NCBI GenBank assembly: GCA_031280885.1
Contig: JAITGD010000140.1
Coordinates: 1,123-65,122, forward strand
From: Prevotellaceae bacterium
Lineage (GTDB): Bacteria > Bacteroidota > Bacteroidia > Bacteroidales > UBA932
Direction of reading: 5' to 3'
DNA: 64,000 nucleotides
This document shows, one piece after another, positions 38,317 to 47,045 of the stretch. Position 1 is the stretch's first letter. Every line of letters starts with the position of its first letter. The notes beneath the pieces are model-generated. The model was not told the DNA's origin. It searched no databases and was given only the letters and a program-made list of their open reading frames with translations. The position numbers were made by a program, and so were the translations under genes.

Positions 38317-40374
38317 TTGAATATGACAGGAAAAATAGGAGTAAGTACGGAAAACATCTTTCCGGTTATCAAAAAATTTCTCTATTCGGATCACGAAATC
38401 TTCCTGAGAGAGCTGGTATCCAACGCTGTTGATGCGACACAAAAACTCAAAACACTCGCATCGTCGGGCGAAGCTAAAGGTGAACTCGGAGAATTGTGGG
38501 TGCGTATCGAAATCGACAAAGAAAAGAAAACCCTTACTGTCTCAGACAGAGGACTTGGAATGACCCGCGACGAAATCGAAAGATATATCAACCAGATTGC
38601 CCTTTCGAGCGCAGAAGAATTTCTCGAAAAATATAAGGATAAAACCAACATAATCGGACACTTCGGACTTGGTTTTTATTCCTCGTTTATGGTCGCCGAC
38701 AAGGTGGAAATATTTACCCGCTCGTATCGAGATGAAGCCCCTGCAATGCACTGGGTATGTGATGGATCGCCCGAATATACGCTCACCGAAATCAAAAAGG
38801 ATGATCGCGGAACAAGCATCGTACTCCACATTTCGGACGAAAATCAGGAATTTCTCGATGAAACTCGCATTAAAACACTGTTACAGAAATACTGCCGATT
38901 CCTTCCCGTGCCTGTACTGTTCGGAAAAGAGCAGGAGTGGAAAGATGGGAAATACATCGATACGGACAAAGATCTGGTAATAAACAATGTGCAACCACTG
39001 TGGACACGAACTCCTGCAGATTTGAACGACGAAGATTACGCTCAGTTCTATCGCGAATTGTACCCCGTCAGCGACGAGCCGCTCTTCCATATACATCTCA
39101 ACGTCGATTATCCCTTCAATCTCACAGGAATACTATATTTTCCAAAACTGAAAGGAAATATCGACTTCCAGAAAAATAAGATACAATTGTATTGTAATCA
39201 GGTTTTTGTAACTGATTCGGTCGAAGGTATTGTACCCGATTTTCTCACCTTGTTGCACGGAGTGATCGATTCGCCGGACATCCCGCTAAACGTCTCAAGA
39301 AGCTATCTACAAAGCGATTCAAATGTAAAAAAGATTTCGGGACATATCACAAAGAAAGTCGCCGACAGATTGCAGGACATTTTCAAGAACGACCGCAGTC
39401 AATTTGAAAGCAAGTGGGACAATCTCAAGCTGTTCATCGAATATGGCGTCATAACCGACGAAAAATTCGCCGAACGTGCCCAAAGTTTCTGTCTTTTCAA
39501 AAATACTGAAGGTAAATACTTTACCCTCGACGAATATAGAAAATTGATAGAATCCACGCAAACCGATAAAAATAAGACTCTTGTGTATCTTTACGCTTCG
39601 GATATTCAGGAACAATACGGATTTATAAGCGCAGCCAGAAATAAGGGATATGATGTACTTCTTCTTGATGGACAGTTAGATATGCACTTCGTTAATCGCA
39701 TGGAAGAACAATGGAAAGATTGCCGATTTGTCCGTGTCGATTCCAACGTACCGGATAGGCTTATCGAAAAGGATGCCGCCCGCCAATCGAAATTATCGGA
39801 GAGCAGTCAGCAGGAACTTCAACATGTTTTCGAAGCCTGCGTACCGAACGAAGACAGCCGCTATTTCGTTAATTGTGAACCGCTAAGCGAAAGCGACGCT
39901 CCAGTCCTTATCACCCAAAACGAGTTTATGCGACGGATGAAAGATATGTCGGCCATCAGCGGAGGAATGGGAATGTATGCTCAGATGGGCGAGATGTTGA
40001 ACCTGGTAATCAACACAAACCATCCGTTGATAATAGAACTCGACAATCAGAAACAAGCCGGAATCAGTACAGAACTTGCTGCTGCGGACGATAGGATAAA
40101 TAACTGTCGATCAATATACAACAAGTTTAAGGACGAAGCCGGTGATAAAAAAGATGCAGATTTGCCACAGGAGCTGAAAGATAGTATCGATCAAGCCGAA
40201 AAAGCTCTCGAATCGGCACAGAACGAAAAGAAAGCCTTGCTTAGTTCTTTTGGACAGAATAACTCTCTGGCACAACAACTTACTGACCTTGCTTTGCTGG
40301 CAAATAACCGTCTGAAAGGTGAAGCCCTCGACCGCTTTGTGAAACGTAGCGCCGAATTGCTTAAACAGTCTTAA
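38317..40374 (+). CDS. htpG: Molecular chaperone HtpG (Hsp90)
   Basis: Motifs FLRELVSNAVDA, GHFGLGFYSSFMVADKV and IDSPDIPLNVSR are present. It is 685 aa. Confidence 0.95.
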   Translation: MNMTGKIGVSTENIFPVIKKFLYSDHEIFLRELVSNAVDATQKLKTLASSGEAKGELGELWVRIEIDKEKKTLTVSDRGLGMTRDEIERYINQIALSSAEEFLEKYKDKTNIIGHFGLGFYSSFMVADKVEIFTRSYRDEAPAMHWVCDGSPEYTLTEIKKDDRGTSIVLHISDENQEFLDETRIKTLLQKYCRFLPVPVLFGKEQEWKDGKYIDTDKDLVINNVQPLWTRTPADLNDEDYAQFYRELYPVSDEPLFHIHLNVDYPFNLTGILYFPKLKGNIDFQKNKIQLYCNQVFVTDSVEGIVPDFLTLLHGVIDSPDIPLNVSRSYLQSDSNVKKISGHITKKVADRLQDIFKNDRSQFESKWDNLKLFIEYGVITDEKFAERAQSFCLFKNTEGKYFTLDEYRKLIESTQTDKNKTLVYLYASDIQEQYGFISAARNKGYDVLLLDGQLDMHFVNRMEEQWKDCRFVRVDSNVPDRLIEKDAARQSKLSESSQQELQHVFEACVPNEDSRYFVNCEPLSESDAPVLITQNEFMRRMKDMSAISGGMGMYAQMGEMLNLVINTNHPLIIELDNQKQAGISTELAAADDRINNCRSIYNKFKDEAGDKKDADLPQELKDSIDQAEKALESAQNEKKALLSSFGQNNSLAQQLTDLALLANNRLKGEALDRFVKRSAELLKQS

Positions 40375-40413
40375 ACAGCACGTAAGTTAATCACTATCAG
40401 ACGTAAAAATAAT

Positions 40414-40445
40414 AACCGGCTCGATGTATTACCATCGAGCCGGTT
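40414..40445. terminator. Hairpin between the convergent genes htpG and a small ORF
   Basis: AACCGGCTCGATG, a 6-nt loop, then CATCGAGCCGGTT. The A-rich 5' flank gives a U-run on the minus transcript. Confidence 0.55.
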
Positions 40446-40495
40446 CACTTTACAAACCACACAAAAATTTAGAAGAAGGTTATTGAAAGAAAGTC

Positions 40496-40783
40496 TTAAT
40501 CCCGTTGATTATCTATATATTCACCAGCCTTCGGGACAAGGCGAGTCAATTCGCGCATACAGATCGAACGAAGATCGCCCGAAACGGCTGTGTTGCGTAA
40601 ACGACTGTAAACGAAATCTGTATCAATAAAGTGTACAGCAGTGCCGCAATCCACACTTAGACTGTCGGTTGCAGTGGAAATATTCGATGCCGAATTGTGC
40701 GAAACTGCTTCATCTCGCGCTGCATACATCGCTATGGAGAAACCAAGAAAAATAACAAACAAATATTTCATAACTTTTAACAC
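40496..40783 (-). CDS. Small hypothetical secreted protein (95 aa)
   Basis: The signal-like N-terminus is MKYLFVIFLGFSIAMYA. I recognise no family, so the call rests on ORF length and context only. Confidence 0.35.
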   Translation of the reverse strand: MLKVMKYLFVIFLGFSIAMYAARDEAVSHNSASNISTATDSLSVDCGTAVHFIDTDFVYSRLRNTAVSGDLRSICMRELTRLVPKAGEYIDNQRD

Positions 40784-40887
40784 TTTTACAGTAATTCAAA
40801 CAACTATATGATGCAATAAAGGGGCAAAACGTTGCATGGAATCGAAAAAAAATGTTAAAACGCAGAGCTTCATTCATAAATAAGATG

Positions 40888-40895
40888 TAGTTTTG
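40888..40895 (+). promoter_or_regulatory. -7 box TAGTTTTG for pyrD
   Basis: It matches TAnnTTTG and lies 24 nt upstream of the ATG at 40919. Confidence 0.45.
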
Positions 40896-40918
40896 CGCCA
40901 AATTGATAATGATGTATA

Positions 40919-41965
40919 ATGATGTATAAACTCTTAAAACACATGCTGTTCATCTTCCAGCCGGAAACAATCCACCACATTGTTGTGGGCGCGTTGAACG
41001 CTACTCGATATATCCCGCTAAGCCGGATTGCGATACGAAGATGCTGTAGATTTAATCACAAATCCTTGAAAAGAGAAGTCTTTGGATTGAGTTTCGATAA
41101 TCCCGTGGGAATGGCCGCAGGATTCGATAAAAATGCTCTGGTTTTCAACCAACTCGCCGATATGGGCTTTGCCTTTGTCGAAATCGGAACGGTTACACCT
41201 CTCGCTCAGGATGGAAATCCGAAACCAAGATGTTTTCGTATAACGGGCGATAGCGCCTTGATTAACCGAATGGGTTTCAACAACGATGGCGTCGAAGCTG
41301 CCGTCAAACGTCTCCGCAACTGCAAATCACGAAAACTGATTGTCGGAGGTAATATAGGAAAAAATACCCTAACCGATAATCAAAATGCTGTTAAAGACTA
41401 TGTTAAGGCTTTTAAAGCTCTGTACGACTATGTCGATTATTTTACCGTAAACCTTAGCTGTCCAAATGTATGCAACTTGCAGGCTCTTCAGAATAAAGAC
41501 ATGCTCGAAAAGATTATCCGCGCACTGATTGCCGAACGCCGCTACCGCGACCAATATAAGCCTATCCTTATAAAAATATCTCCAGATCTGTCTTTTGAAC
41601 AAATCGACGACGCTTTATATATAATCCGCGAAACCGGAATAGACGGGGTCGTGGCCGTAAATACAAGCACCTCGCGCGAGGGCCTTACTCTATCGCCGGA
41701 ATACATTCAAGTGCTTGGCAATGGAGGACTTAGCGGCAAACCGCTCACCGCCCGCGCACTGGAAATCGTCCGATATATAAGCGAACAAACTTCCGGACAA
41801 TTGCCCATAATCGGCGTCGGCGGTATAATGACCGTCGATGACGCTCTGGCAATGCTCGACGCCGGAGCCTCTCTTATACAGCTATATACAGGATATATAT
41901 ACCAAGGTCCTGCCTTCGTCAAAAAAATACTCAAAGCGCTTATTCAATTAAAAATTAAGAATTAA
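40919..41965 (+). CDS. pyrD: Quinone-dependent dihydroorotate dehydrogenase (class 2)
   Basis: Motifs NPVGMAAGFDKN, GFNNDG, VNLSCPN, GGLSGKPL and IGVGGI are present. Confidence 0.9.
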   Translation: MMYKLLKHMLFIFQPETIHHIVVGALNATRYIPLSRIAIRRCCRFNHKSLKREVFGLSFDNPVGMAAGFDKNALVFNQLADMGFAFVEIGTVTPLAQDGNPKPRCFRITGDSALINRMGFNNDGVEAAVKRLRNCKSRKLIVGGNIGKNTLTDNQNAVKDYVKAFKALYDYVDYFTVNLSCPNVCNLQALQNKDMLEKIIRALIAERRYRDQYKPILIKISPDLSFEQIDDALYIIRETGIDGVVAVNTSTSREGLTLSPEYIQVLGNGGLSGKPLTARALEIVRYISEQTSGQLPIIGVGGIMTVDDALAMLDAGASLIQLYTGYIYQGPAFVKKILKALIQLKIKN

Positions 41966-42185
41966 GAATTAAGAATTAAGAGAGATTCAGGATTGCAAGA
42001 GCCAAGAATCAGGACGCTACGCAGGCTGGTTTGCTCACACACAGCCAGGACGCTACGCAAGCTGGTTTGCTTACTATATTATCAAGCCAGCTTGCGTAGC
42101 AGTCCTGATTCTTGGCTCTTGCAATCCTGATTCTTGCATTCTTGGCTCTTGCAATCTTGGCTCTTTCTTGCAATCTTGGCTCCAT
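41950..42185. repeat. Composite palindromic element (copy E6): (AATTAAG)x4 plus two GACGCTACGCARGCTGGTTTGC cores, with CAAGA-heptad arms
   Basis: It overlaps the last codons of pyrD and the last ~37 codons of folP. The right arm reads CCAGCTTGCGTAGCAGTCCTGATTCTTGGCTCTTGCAATCC and continues. Confidence 0.85.
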
Positions 42186-43045
42186 CGCCACACCGCAATT
42201 GTTTGAGTGGCTTCTTTGACGTCGTGTACGCGCAGAATGTCGGCGCCGTTTTGCAGCGCTATAGTATTTGCAGCGATGGTTGCGGCCAGCACCTTGTCGG
42301 CCGTTGTTTCGAGCGGTTTATAGAACATCGATTTACGCGACATTCCCACAAGTATCGGGCAGCCGGCAAGTCGGAGATCGGCAAGTTGAGCAAGCAGTTG
42401 ATAGTTATTTTCGATGGTTTTGGCGAATCCGAAGCCTGGATCGATTATCAGGTCTATGATTCCGGCCTTTCGCAGCGCTTCGACTTTGGTTACGAAATAT
42501 TGAGTCAGTTCGTCGCCTATATTTCCGTATTCCGTGTATAGCTGCATAGTTTGCGGCGTTCCGCGCATGTGCATAGCGATGTACGGCAATTTCAGTCGTG
42601 CAACTTCGGGAATCATTTCGTGGTCGAACTCTCCTGCCGAGATGTCGTTTACGATAAAAGCTCCGAATTCATCATAAAGTCGTCGCACTATTTCGGCGCG
42701 GAATGTGTCTATCGATATGAATGTCTGCGGAAAATGCCGGCATACTGCCTCCATCGCTTGCCGCAGGCGGGCAAATTCCTCATCGAAGGAAATATGTTCA
42801 GCGCCTGGTCGCGACGAGTATGCTCCAAGGTCGATGATAGTTCCGCCTTCGTTGAGGATATTTTCGGCTCGGATTATCGCCTCTTTTTCTGTCTGGATTC
42901 GACTGCCGGCATAGAAGGAATCGGGAGTCAAATTCATGATTCCCATCACCTTTGGCGATGACAGGTCGAGCAATCGTCCTCCGCAGTTTATCAGTGTATT
43001 TTTTATCATTGACGGGCAGTGATGCGCCGGTTTAAAAGACCACAT
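42074..43045 (-). CDS. folP: Dihydropteroate synthase, with a repeat-encoded C-terminal tail
   Basis: Motifs GIMNLTPDSFYAGSR, DLGAYSSRPGA, IDPGFGFAK and LRVHDVKE are present. The last ~37 aa (WSQDCKKEPRLQEPRMQESGLQEPRIRTATQAGLII) are translated from element E6. The true start may be the Met at 43009 (MIKNTL). Confidence 0.85.
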   Translation of the reverse strand: MWSFKPAHHCPSMIKNTLINCGGRLLDLSSPKVMGIMNLTPDSFYAGSRIQTEKEAIIRAENILNEGGTIIDLGAYSSRPGAEHISFDEEFARLRQAMEAVCRHFPQTFISIDTFRAEIVRRLYDEFGAFIVNDISAGEFDHEMIPEVARLKLPYIAMHMRGTPQTMQLYTEYGNIGDELTQYFVTKVEALRKAGIIDLIIDPGFGFAKTIENNYQLLAQLADLRLAGCPILVGMSRKSMFYKPLETTADKVLAATIAANTIALQNGADILRVHDVKEATQTIAVWRWSQDCKKEPRLQEPRMQESGLQEPRIRTATQAGLII

Positions 43046-43898
43046 ATTGTTCGGGATTCAGCGGGGCGCCTTTGTACCACAGTTCAAAGTGCAGATGCGT
43101 TCCTGAGGAAAATTCGCCCGAATTTCCGACGATAGCCACCGCATCGCCTGCTTTTACTCTATTGCCTTGTTTTTGAAGCAGTTTGGCATTGTGTTTATAT
43201 ACCGATACAAGGTTGTTATCGTGTTGTATTTGGATGACGTTTCCTGTTTCCACCGTCCATTCCGACATGATTACCGTGCCGTCGAGCGTTGCCAGAACTA
43301 CTTGATTTGGCGCGGTAACGACGTCGATTCCCAGATGATTGACCTTTGCATCGAATCCATTAGTTATTTCACCTTTTACCGGCGGGAAAAAGTGTATTCC
43401 CGACAGATCTTTGCTTCTATTTTCGGCTCCTGTTCCGAGGTTGAAACGTTCTTCGCTTTCCACCTGCGCCCGCAGAATCGAATCGTCGGCCGAGCGGACA
43501 TCGCGAAAACTTTTATTTTTGAAACTCGAATCGGGTGTATTTTGCATAGTAGCAGGGTTATCGCCCGCAATTATGCGCAGGGTGTTATTCAGATAGTACG
43601 ACCATTCGTCGATAGCCTTATCAAGCGAATCAGCCTTCAGCAGATTATCGCGCATCGACAGCCTCATTTCGTCGCTTGGGTATCCGGGGATCAGTTTTCG
43701 CAGCGGCGTAAAGGCAATCAGCATAATAGTAAAACCTACAACAATCACAGCCAACGCAGTCATACTCAGCAACACTCCTTGCCCTGTGAGGCGGAAGTGA
43801 AAAATTTCTTCATAATTGGTATCGTTGTAAATTCCAAGACGGTATTTATCTTTCAGATTAAGGCGTTTCAGATGCCAGCGTATTCTTTTTTTACTCAT
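43032..43898 (-). CDS. M23-family metallopeptidase (membrane-anchored)
   Basis: It has an N-terminal TM segment, then HLGIDVV and GTHLHFELWYKGAPLNP. Confidence 0.8.
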   Translation of the reverse strand: MSKKRIRWHLKRLNLKDKYRLGIYNDTNYEEIFHFRLTGQGVLLSMTALAVIVVGFTIMLIAFTPLRKLIPGYPSDEMRLSMRDNLLKADSLDKAIDEWSYYLNNTLRIIAGDNPATMQNTPDSSFKNKSFRDVRSADDSILRAQVESEERFNLGTGAENRSKDLSGIHFFPPVKGEITNGFDAKVNHLGIDVVTAPNQVVLATLDGTVIMSEWTVETGNVIQIQHDNNLVSVYKHNAKLLQKQGNRVKAGDAVAIVGNSGEFSSGTHLHFELWYKGAPLNPEQYVVF

Positions 43899-43922
43899 AA
43901 AGATTCAATTTTCGTGGCGAGT

Positions 43923-44438
43923 TTATTTTTCGAGTCTCAGTCCCAGCGAAGCGACGCCTTTCAGCAGATCGTCGCGCATGCCGTGTTTTATTTTCACCAT
44001 ATAATTTCCTTTCACAGGGAAGCGGATTTTAGTACGGAATGGTACGCGGATTTCTGCAAATCGCGAAATACTTCCTCCTCCGCCTTTTCGTCCGCCGCTT
44101 TCGTCGAAAAGCTCATACTGCACCGTATCCACCGAAAAAGCGCCATTTGGCGCCTCCGTAGTAACGAATAGATACAGATTGGAATATGGATAATCGTCGC
44201 GGCTACGCAAGTCGAACAGCAAGTCGAACCATGTCAGGGTATCGTTTACGGGCATAGTGAAAATCAGGGCTTCATCGACGCGCCATTCGCAATTATTCAC
44301 CGTTTGCGATTGCTCCCACACTCTGGCCTCGTCGCTGCACGACGAAGCGAGCATAGCCAGCGCTACGGCCAGAATCAGCCTTGCGCCGCCGCGCTTGCTC
44401 TCAGTTATTTTTTGGGTTTTCCGGACGATGTTTAGCAT
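43923..44438 (-). CDS. gldH: Gliding-motility/T9SS-associated lipoprotein GldH
   Basis: The lipobox is LAMLASSC. Other motifs are DDYPYSNLYLFV, the glycine run LFDESGGRKGGGGS and GNYMVKIKHGMRDDLLKGVASLGLRLEK. It sits directly downstream of a PSP1 gene, as expected for gldH. I chose the internal Met at 44438 (track ORF 43923-44648). Confidence 0.75.
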   Translation of the reverse strand: MLNIVRKTQKITESKRGGARLILAVALAMLASSCSDEARVWEQSQTVNNCEWRVDEALIFTMPVNDTLTWFDLLFDLRSRDDYPYSNLYLFVTTEAPNGAFSVDTVQYELFDESGGRKGGGGSISRFAEIRVPFRTKIRFPVKGNYMVKIKHGMRDDLLKGVASLGLRLEK

Positions 44439-45747
44439 TAGCTTTTTTTCTTGGTGGATGTTTTTTTTGAGCCTTTTGTTTATTATTTGCCGAGTTATTA
44501 TTTGCCGAGGCGTTCTGTTTATTTTCCTGCGGACGTTTTTTTTCGGCCTCGCTGTTTGCGTTTGATTGTCCCGATGTTTTTTGTGCGACGACGGGTACAT
44601 TTCGGAAGTTTCCGGCCTGTTTTTTCTTTTTCCGTCGCGATTTATCAAAACGAGTAAGACTATCTTCTCCCACAGCGCTTTTAAATTCGCTTTCGGCGGA
44701 TTCGTCGTTTATGCAAGCGGTGAGTTCCGGTTTTTCGCCACGTTTGTTTAATTCGATTATTTCCTTGACTTTATTAACCGACAAGGCTATCATTCCCATA
44801 GATGAATACGGTTCGGGAGCGAACCACATCATGGCTTTCAGCGCGTCGGTTTTTTGGAGGAACATCGGCCCTGAGGCTGTTTGAATTGGTTCTTTGACGT
44901 GTGGAAAATCTTTGACAGCTTCGAGATAGGTATCGAGTTCAAAGTTCAGGCAACATTTGAGTTTTCCGCATTGCCCTGCAAGTTTAAGCGGATTGACCGA
45001 AAGTTCCTGATAACGTGCGGCAACGGTGGATACCGACACGAAATTTGTTATCCATTGAGCGCAGCACAATCCTCGTCCGCAGGGTCCGATACCGCCAATC
45101 AGTCCGGCTTCTTGGCGCGCGCCTATCTGACGCATTTCTATTCTGATTCTGAATGCTTCCGCCATCACTTTTATAAGTTCGCGGAAATCCACACGTTCAT
45201 CAGCTATATAATAAAATATAGCCTTGGTTTTGTCGCCCTGAAAATCCACATCGCCTATTTTCATATTCAGACCCAGCATCGAAGCCATTTGTCGCGAGCG
45301 AATCATCACCGGATATTCCAGAGCCACAGCCTCTTGCCATTTTTCTATATCGGCCGGTTTAGCAATGCGATATATCTTTTTCAATTCGGCAGTTGCTGGA
45401 TCGACGTTAGTTTTGCGCAGTTTTATTTCGGCTACAGGTCCGATAGCCGACACAATACCTATATCGTGTCCGGGCGATGCTTCGACTGCAACAATGTCTC
45501 CTTCATACAGTTCGAGATTATTTACATTTCGATAAAATCCCTTGCGGGTATTCTTGAATTGCACTTCAAACACATCGTATTTACGGTCGGCAGGAATATT
45601 CTCCAACCAATTGAACACCGTAAGTTTATGGCATCCATGTACGCTTTTGCAACAGAACTCGTCCTGTTCGTTCTTGCCAGTCATACATCCTCTCGACCAA
45701 TATAGTGTATCCTTATCAAATTTCATACTCATTCGTAAACATTTCAA
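44401..45747 (-). CDS. PSP1-domain protein (RicT-like) with a Lys/Asn-rich C-terminal tail
   Basis: PSP1 core motifs are GDIVAVEASPGHDIGIVS, QIGARQEAGLIGGIGPCGRGLCC and GQCGKLKCCLNFE. It overlaps the gldH start by 38 nt. Confidence 0.8.
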   Translation of the reverse strand: MKCLRMSMKFDKDTLYWSRGCMTGKNEQDEFCCKSVHGCHKLTVFNWLENIPADRKYDVFEVQFKNTRKGFYRNVNNLELYEGDIVAVEASPGHDIGIVSAIGPVAEIKLRKTNVDPATAELKKIYRIAKPADIEKWQEAVALEYPVMIRSRQMASMLGLNMKIGDVDFQGDKTKAIFYYIADERVDFRELIKVMAEAFRIRIEMRQIGARQEAGLIGGIGPCGRGLCCAQWITNFVSVSTVAARYQELSVNPLKLAGQCGKLKCCLNFELDTYLEAVKDFPHVKEPIQTASGPMFLQKTDALKAMMWFAPEPYSSMGMIALSVNKVKEIIELNKRGEKPELTACINDESAESEFKSAVGEDSLTRFDKSRRKKKKQAGNFRNVPVVAQKTSGQSNANSEAEKKRPQENKQNASANNNSANNKQKAQKKHPPRKKANAKHRPENPKNN

Positions 45748-45799
45748 AAAGTTATGGTTCGGTACAGCACCTCACCGAGGGTACAAAATTATTAAAAAT

Positions 45800-46170
45800 T
45801 TTTGGACTTTTGGACTTTTGGACTTTTGGACTTTTTTTGGACTTTTGGAGTTTTGGACTTTTGGACTTTTGGAGTTTTGGACTTTTGGACTTTTGGACTT
45901 TTGGACTTTTGGACTTTTGGATTATCAGAGGTGCATTAAAATTTACCATACGTGTTTTGTTGGAAAACCTCATTTTCACCTCATTTCAATTCGATTGGCA
46001 TAATGAGTTGTTTGTGGGAACTTAAATATCCAACAGTCCAACAGTCCAACAGTCCAACAGTCCAACAGTCCAACAGTCCAACAGTCCAACAGTCCAACAG
46101 TCCAACAGTCCAACAGTCCAACAGTCCAACAGTCCAACAGTCCAAAAAAAGTCCAAAGAAAGTCCAAAGA
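45800..46170. repeat. Large imperfect palindrome made of 8-mer tandem arrays: (TTTTGGAC)x15, a 107-nt spacer, then (CCAACAGT)x14 plus degenerate GTCCAAAGAAA units
   Basis: I counted the units directly. The left array is 45800-45922 and the right array 46030-46141 plus a tail to about 46170. The units are reverse complements at 7 of 8 positions (ACTTTTGG versus ACTGTTGG). Confidence 0.9.
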
Positions 46171-46183
46171 AAGAAATTTTTTA

Positions 46184-46191
46184 TACCTTTG
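46184..46191 (+). promoter_or_regulatory. -7 box TACCTTTG for tRNA-Pro
   Basis: This is a perfect match 12 nt upstream of tRNA position 1. Confidence 0.55.
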
Positions 46192-46202
46192 CGCTTCGAA
46201 AT

Positions 46203-46276
46203 CGGGGTGTGGCGCAGTTGGCTAGCGCGCTACGTTCGGGACGTAGAGGCCGTGTGTTCGAGTCACATCACCCCGA
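46203..46276 (+). tRNA. tRNA-Pro (anticodon CGG)
   Basis: I folded the cloverleaf by hand. The acceptor is CGGGGTG/CACCCCG, the D stem GCGC/GCGC, the anticodon stem CTACG/CGTAG with loop TTCGGGA, and the T stem GTGTG/CACAT with loop TTCGAGT. The discriminator is A and CCA is not encoded. Confidence 0.9.
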
Positions 46277-46311
46277 CAAATCAGGCAGATGCCTCAAACT
46301 TATATTCGTTT

Positions 46312-46998
46312 ATGTACAGTGCATATATACTTTTCGGAGCGATTGCCTTGGTCAGTTACGCTGTGTCGGCGACCTTGCATCGAAAGTTCGAGAAATATTC
46401 GCATCTACCGATGCCTTCGGGAATAAAAGGCAAAGATATTGCTTCAAAAATGCTTGCTGACAACGGCATACGCAATGTAAAAGTAACCTCGATAGCAGGA
46501 GTATTGACCGACCATTTCAATCCTGCCAATAATACCGTAAATCTTAGTTCAAATGTATATGCAAGTAACAGTGTAGCAGCGGCAGCCGTCGCCGCGCACG
46601 AATGTGGACACGCTGTGCAAAGAGCAGTTTCGTATCCCTGGATAGGCCTGCGTTCAGCGCTGGTTCCGGCAGTTAGTTTTGCCTCGCAATGGGTTCAGTG
46701 GGTGTTACTTGCCGGAATCGTTCTTCTGAATGTTTTTCCCATTCTTCTGATATGCGGCATAGCGATGTTTGCCTGCACCACCATATTCAGTTTCGTAACC
46801 CTGCCTGTTGAATTTGACGCAAGCAGACGAGCTTTGGCCTGGCTCGACAAGTCGGGCGCTATCTCGCAGCAGCACAGGGAAGCAGCCAGGGATGCACTCA
46901 AATGGGCGGCTTTGACCTACGTCGTAGCTGCGCTAAGTTCGTTAGCTACACTTGTTTACTATCTGATGATCTTCCTGAACGGGAGAAGACGCAGTTAA
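46312..46998 (+). CDS. YugP-family (Zn_peptidase_2) membrane zinc metallopeptidase
   Basis: Motifs LTDHFNPANNTVNLS and AAHECGHAVQ (HExxH) are present, with N- and C-terminal TM segments. The start is set at the Met at 46312 because the track ORF (from 45952) reads through the 8-mer repeat and the tRNA. Confidence 0.8.
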   Translation: MYSAYILFGAIALVSYAVSATLHRKFEKYSHLPMPSGIKGKDIASKMLADNGIRNVKVTSIAGVLTDHFNPANNTVNLSSNVYASNSVAAAAVAAHECGHAVQRAVSYPWIGLRSALVPAVSFASQWVQWVLLAGIVLLNVFPILLICGIAMFACTTIFSFVTLPVEFDASRRALAWLDKSGAISQQHREAARDALKWAALTYVVAALSSLATLVYYLMIFLNGRRRS

Positions 46999-47045
46999 AT
47001 ATATTATCGTTAATCTGTTCTTTAAAATAAAAAAAACAAACAGTT

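Noticed and set aside
40901-40930. 10-bp direct repeat AATGATGTAT x2 that creates a mini-ORF (MMYNDV-stop) overlapping the pyrD start.
   Set aside because: It is too short and unsupported to call a leader peptide, and it is most simply a small duplication at the start codon region.
43167-45705. Plus-strand ORFs at 43167-44171 (334 aa) and 44881-45705 (274 aa).
   Set aside because: They are antisense to the well-supported M23 peptidase, gldH and PSP1 genes, and I recognise no motifs in them.
45952-46311. N-terminal 120 aa of the track ORF 45952-46998 (…QQSNSPTVQQSNSPTV…).
   Set aside because: This part is a translation of the CCAACAGT octamer array and of the tRNA-Pro gene itself. The metallopeptidase homology starts at the Met at 46312.
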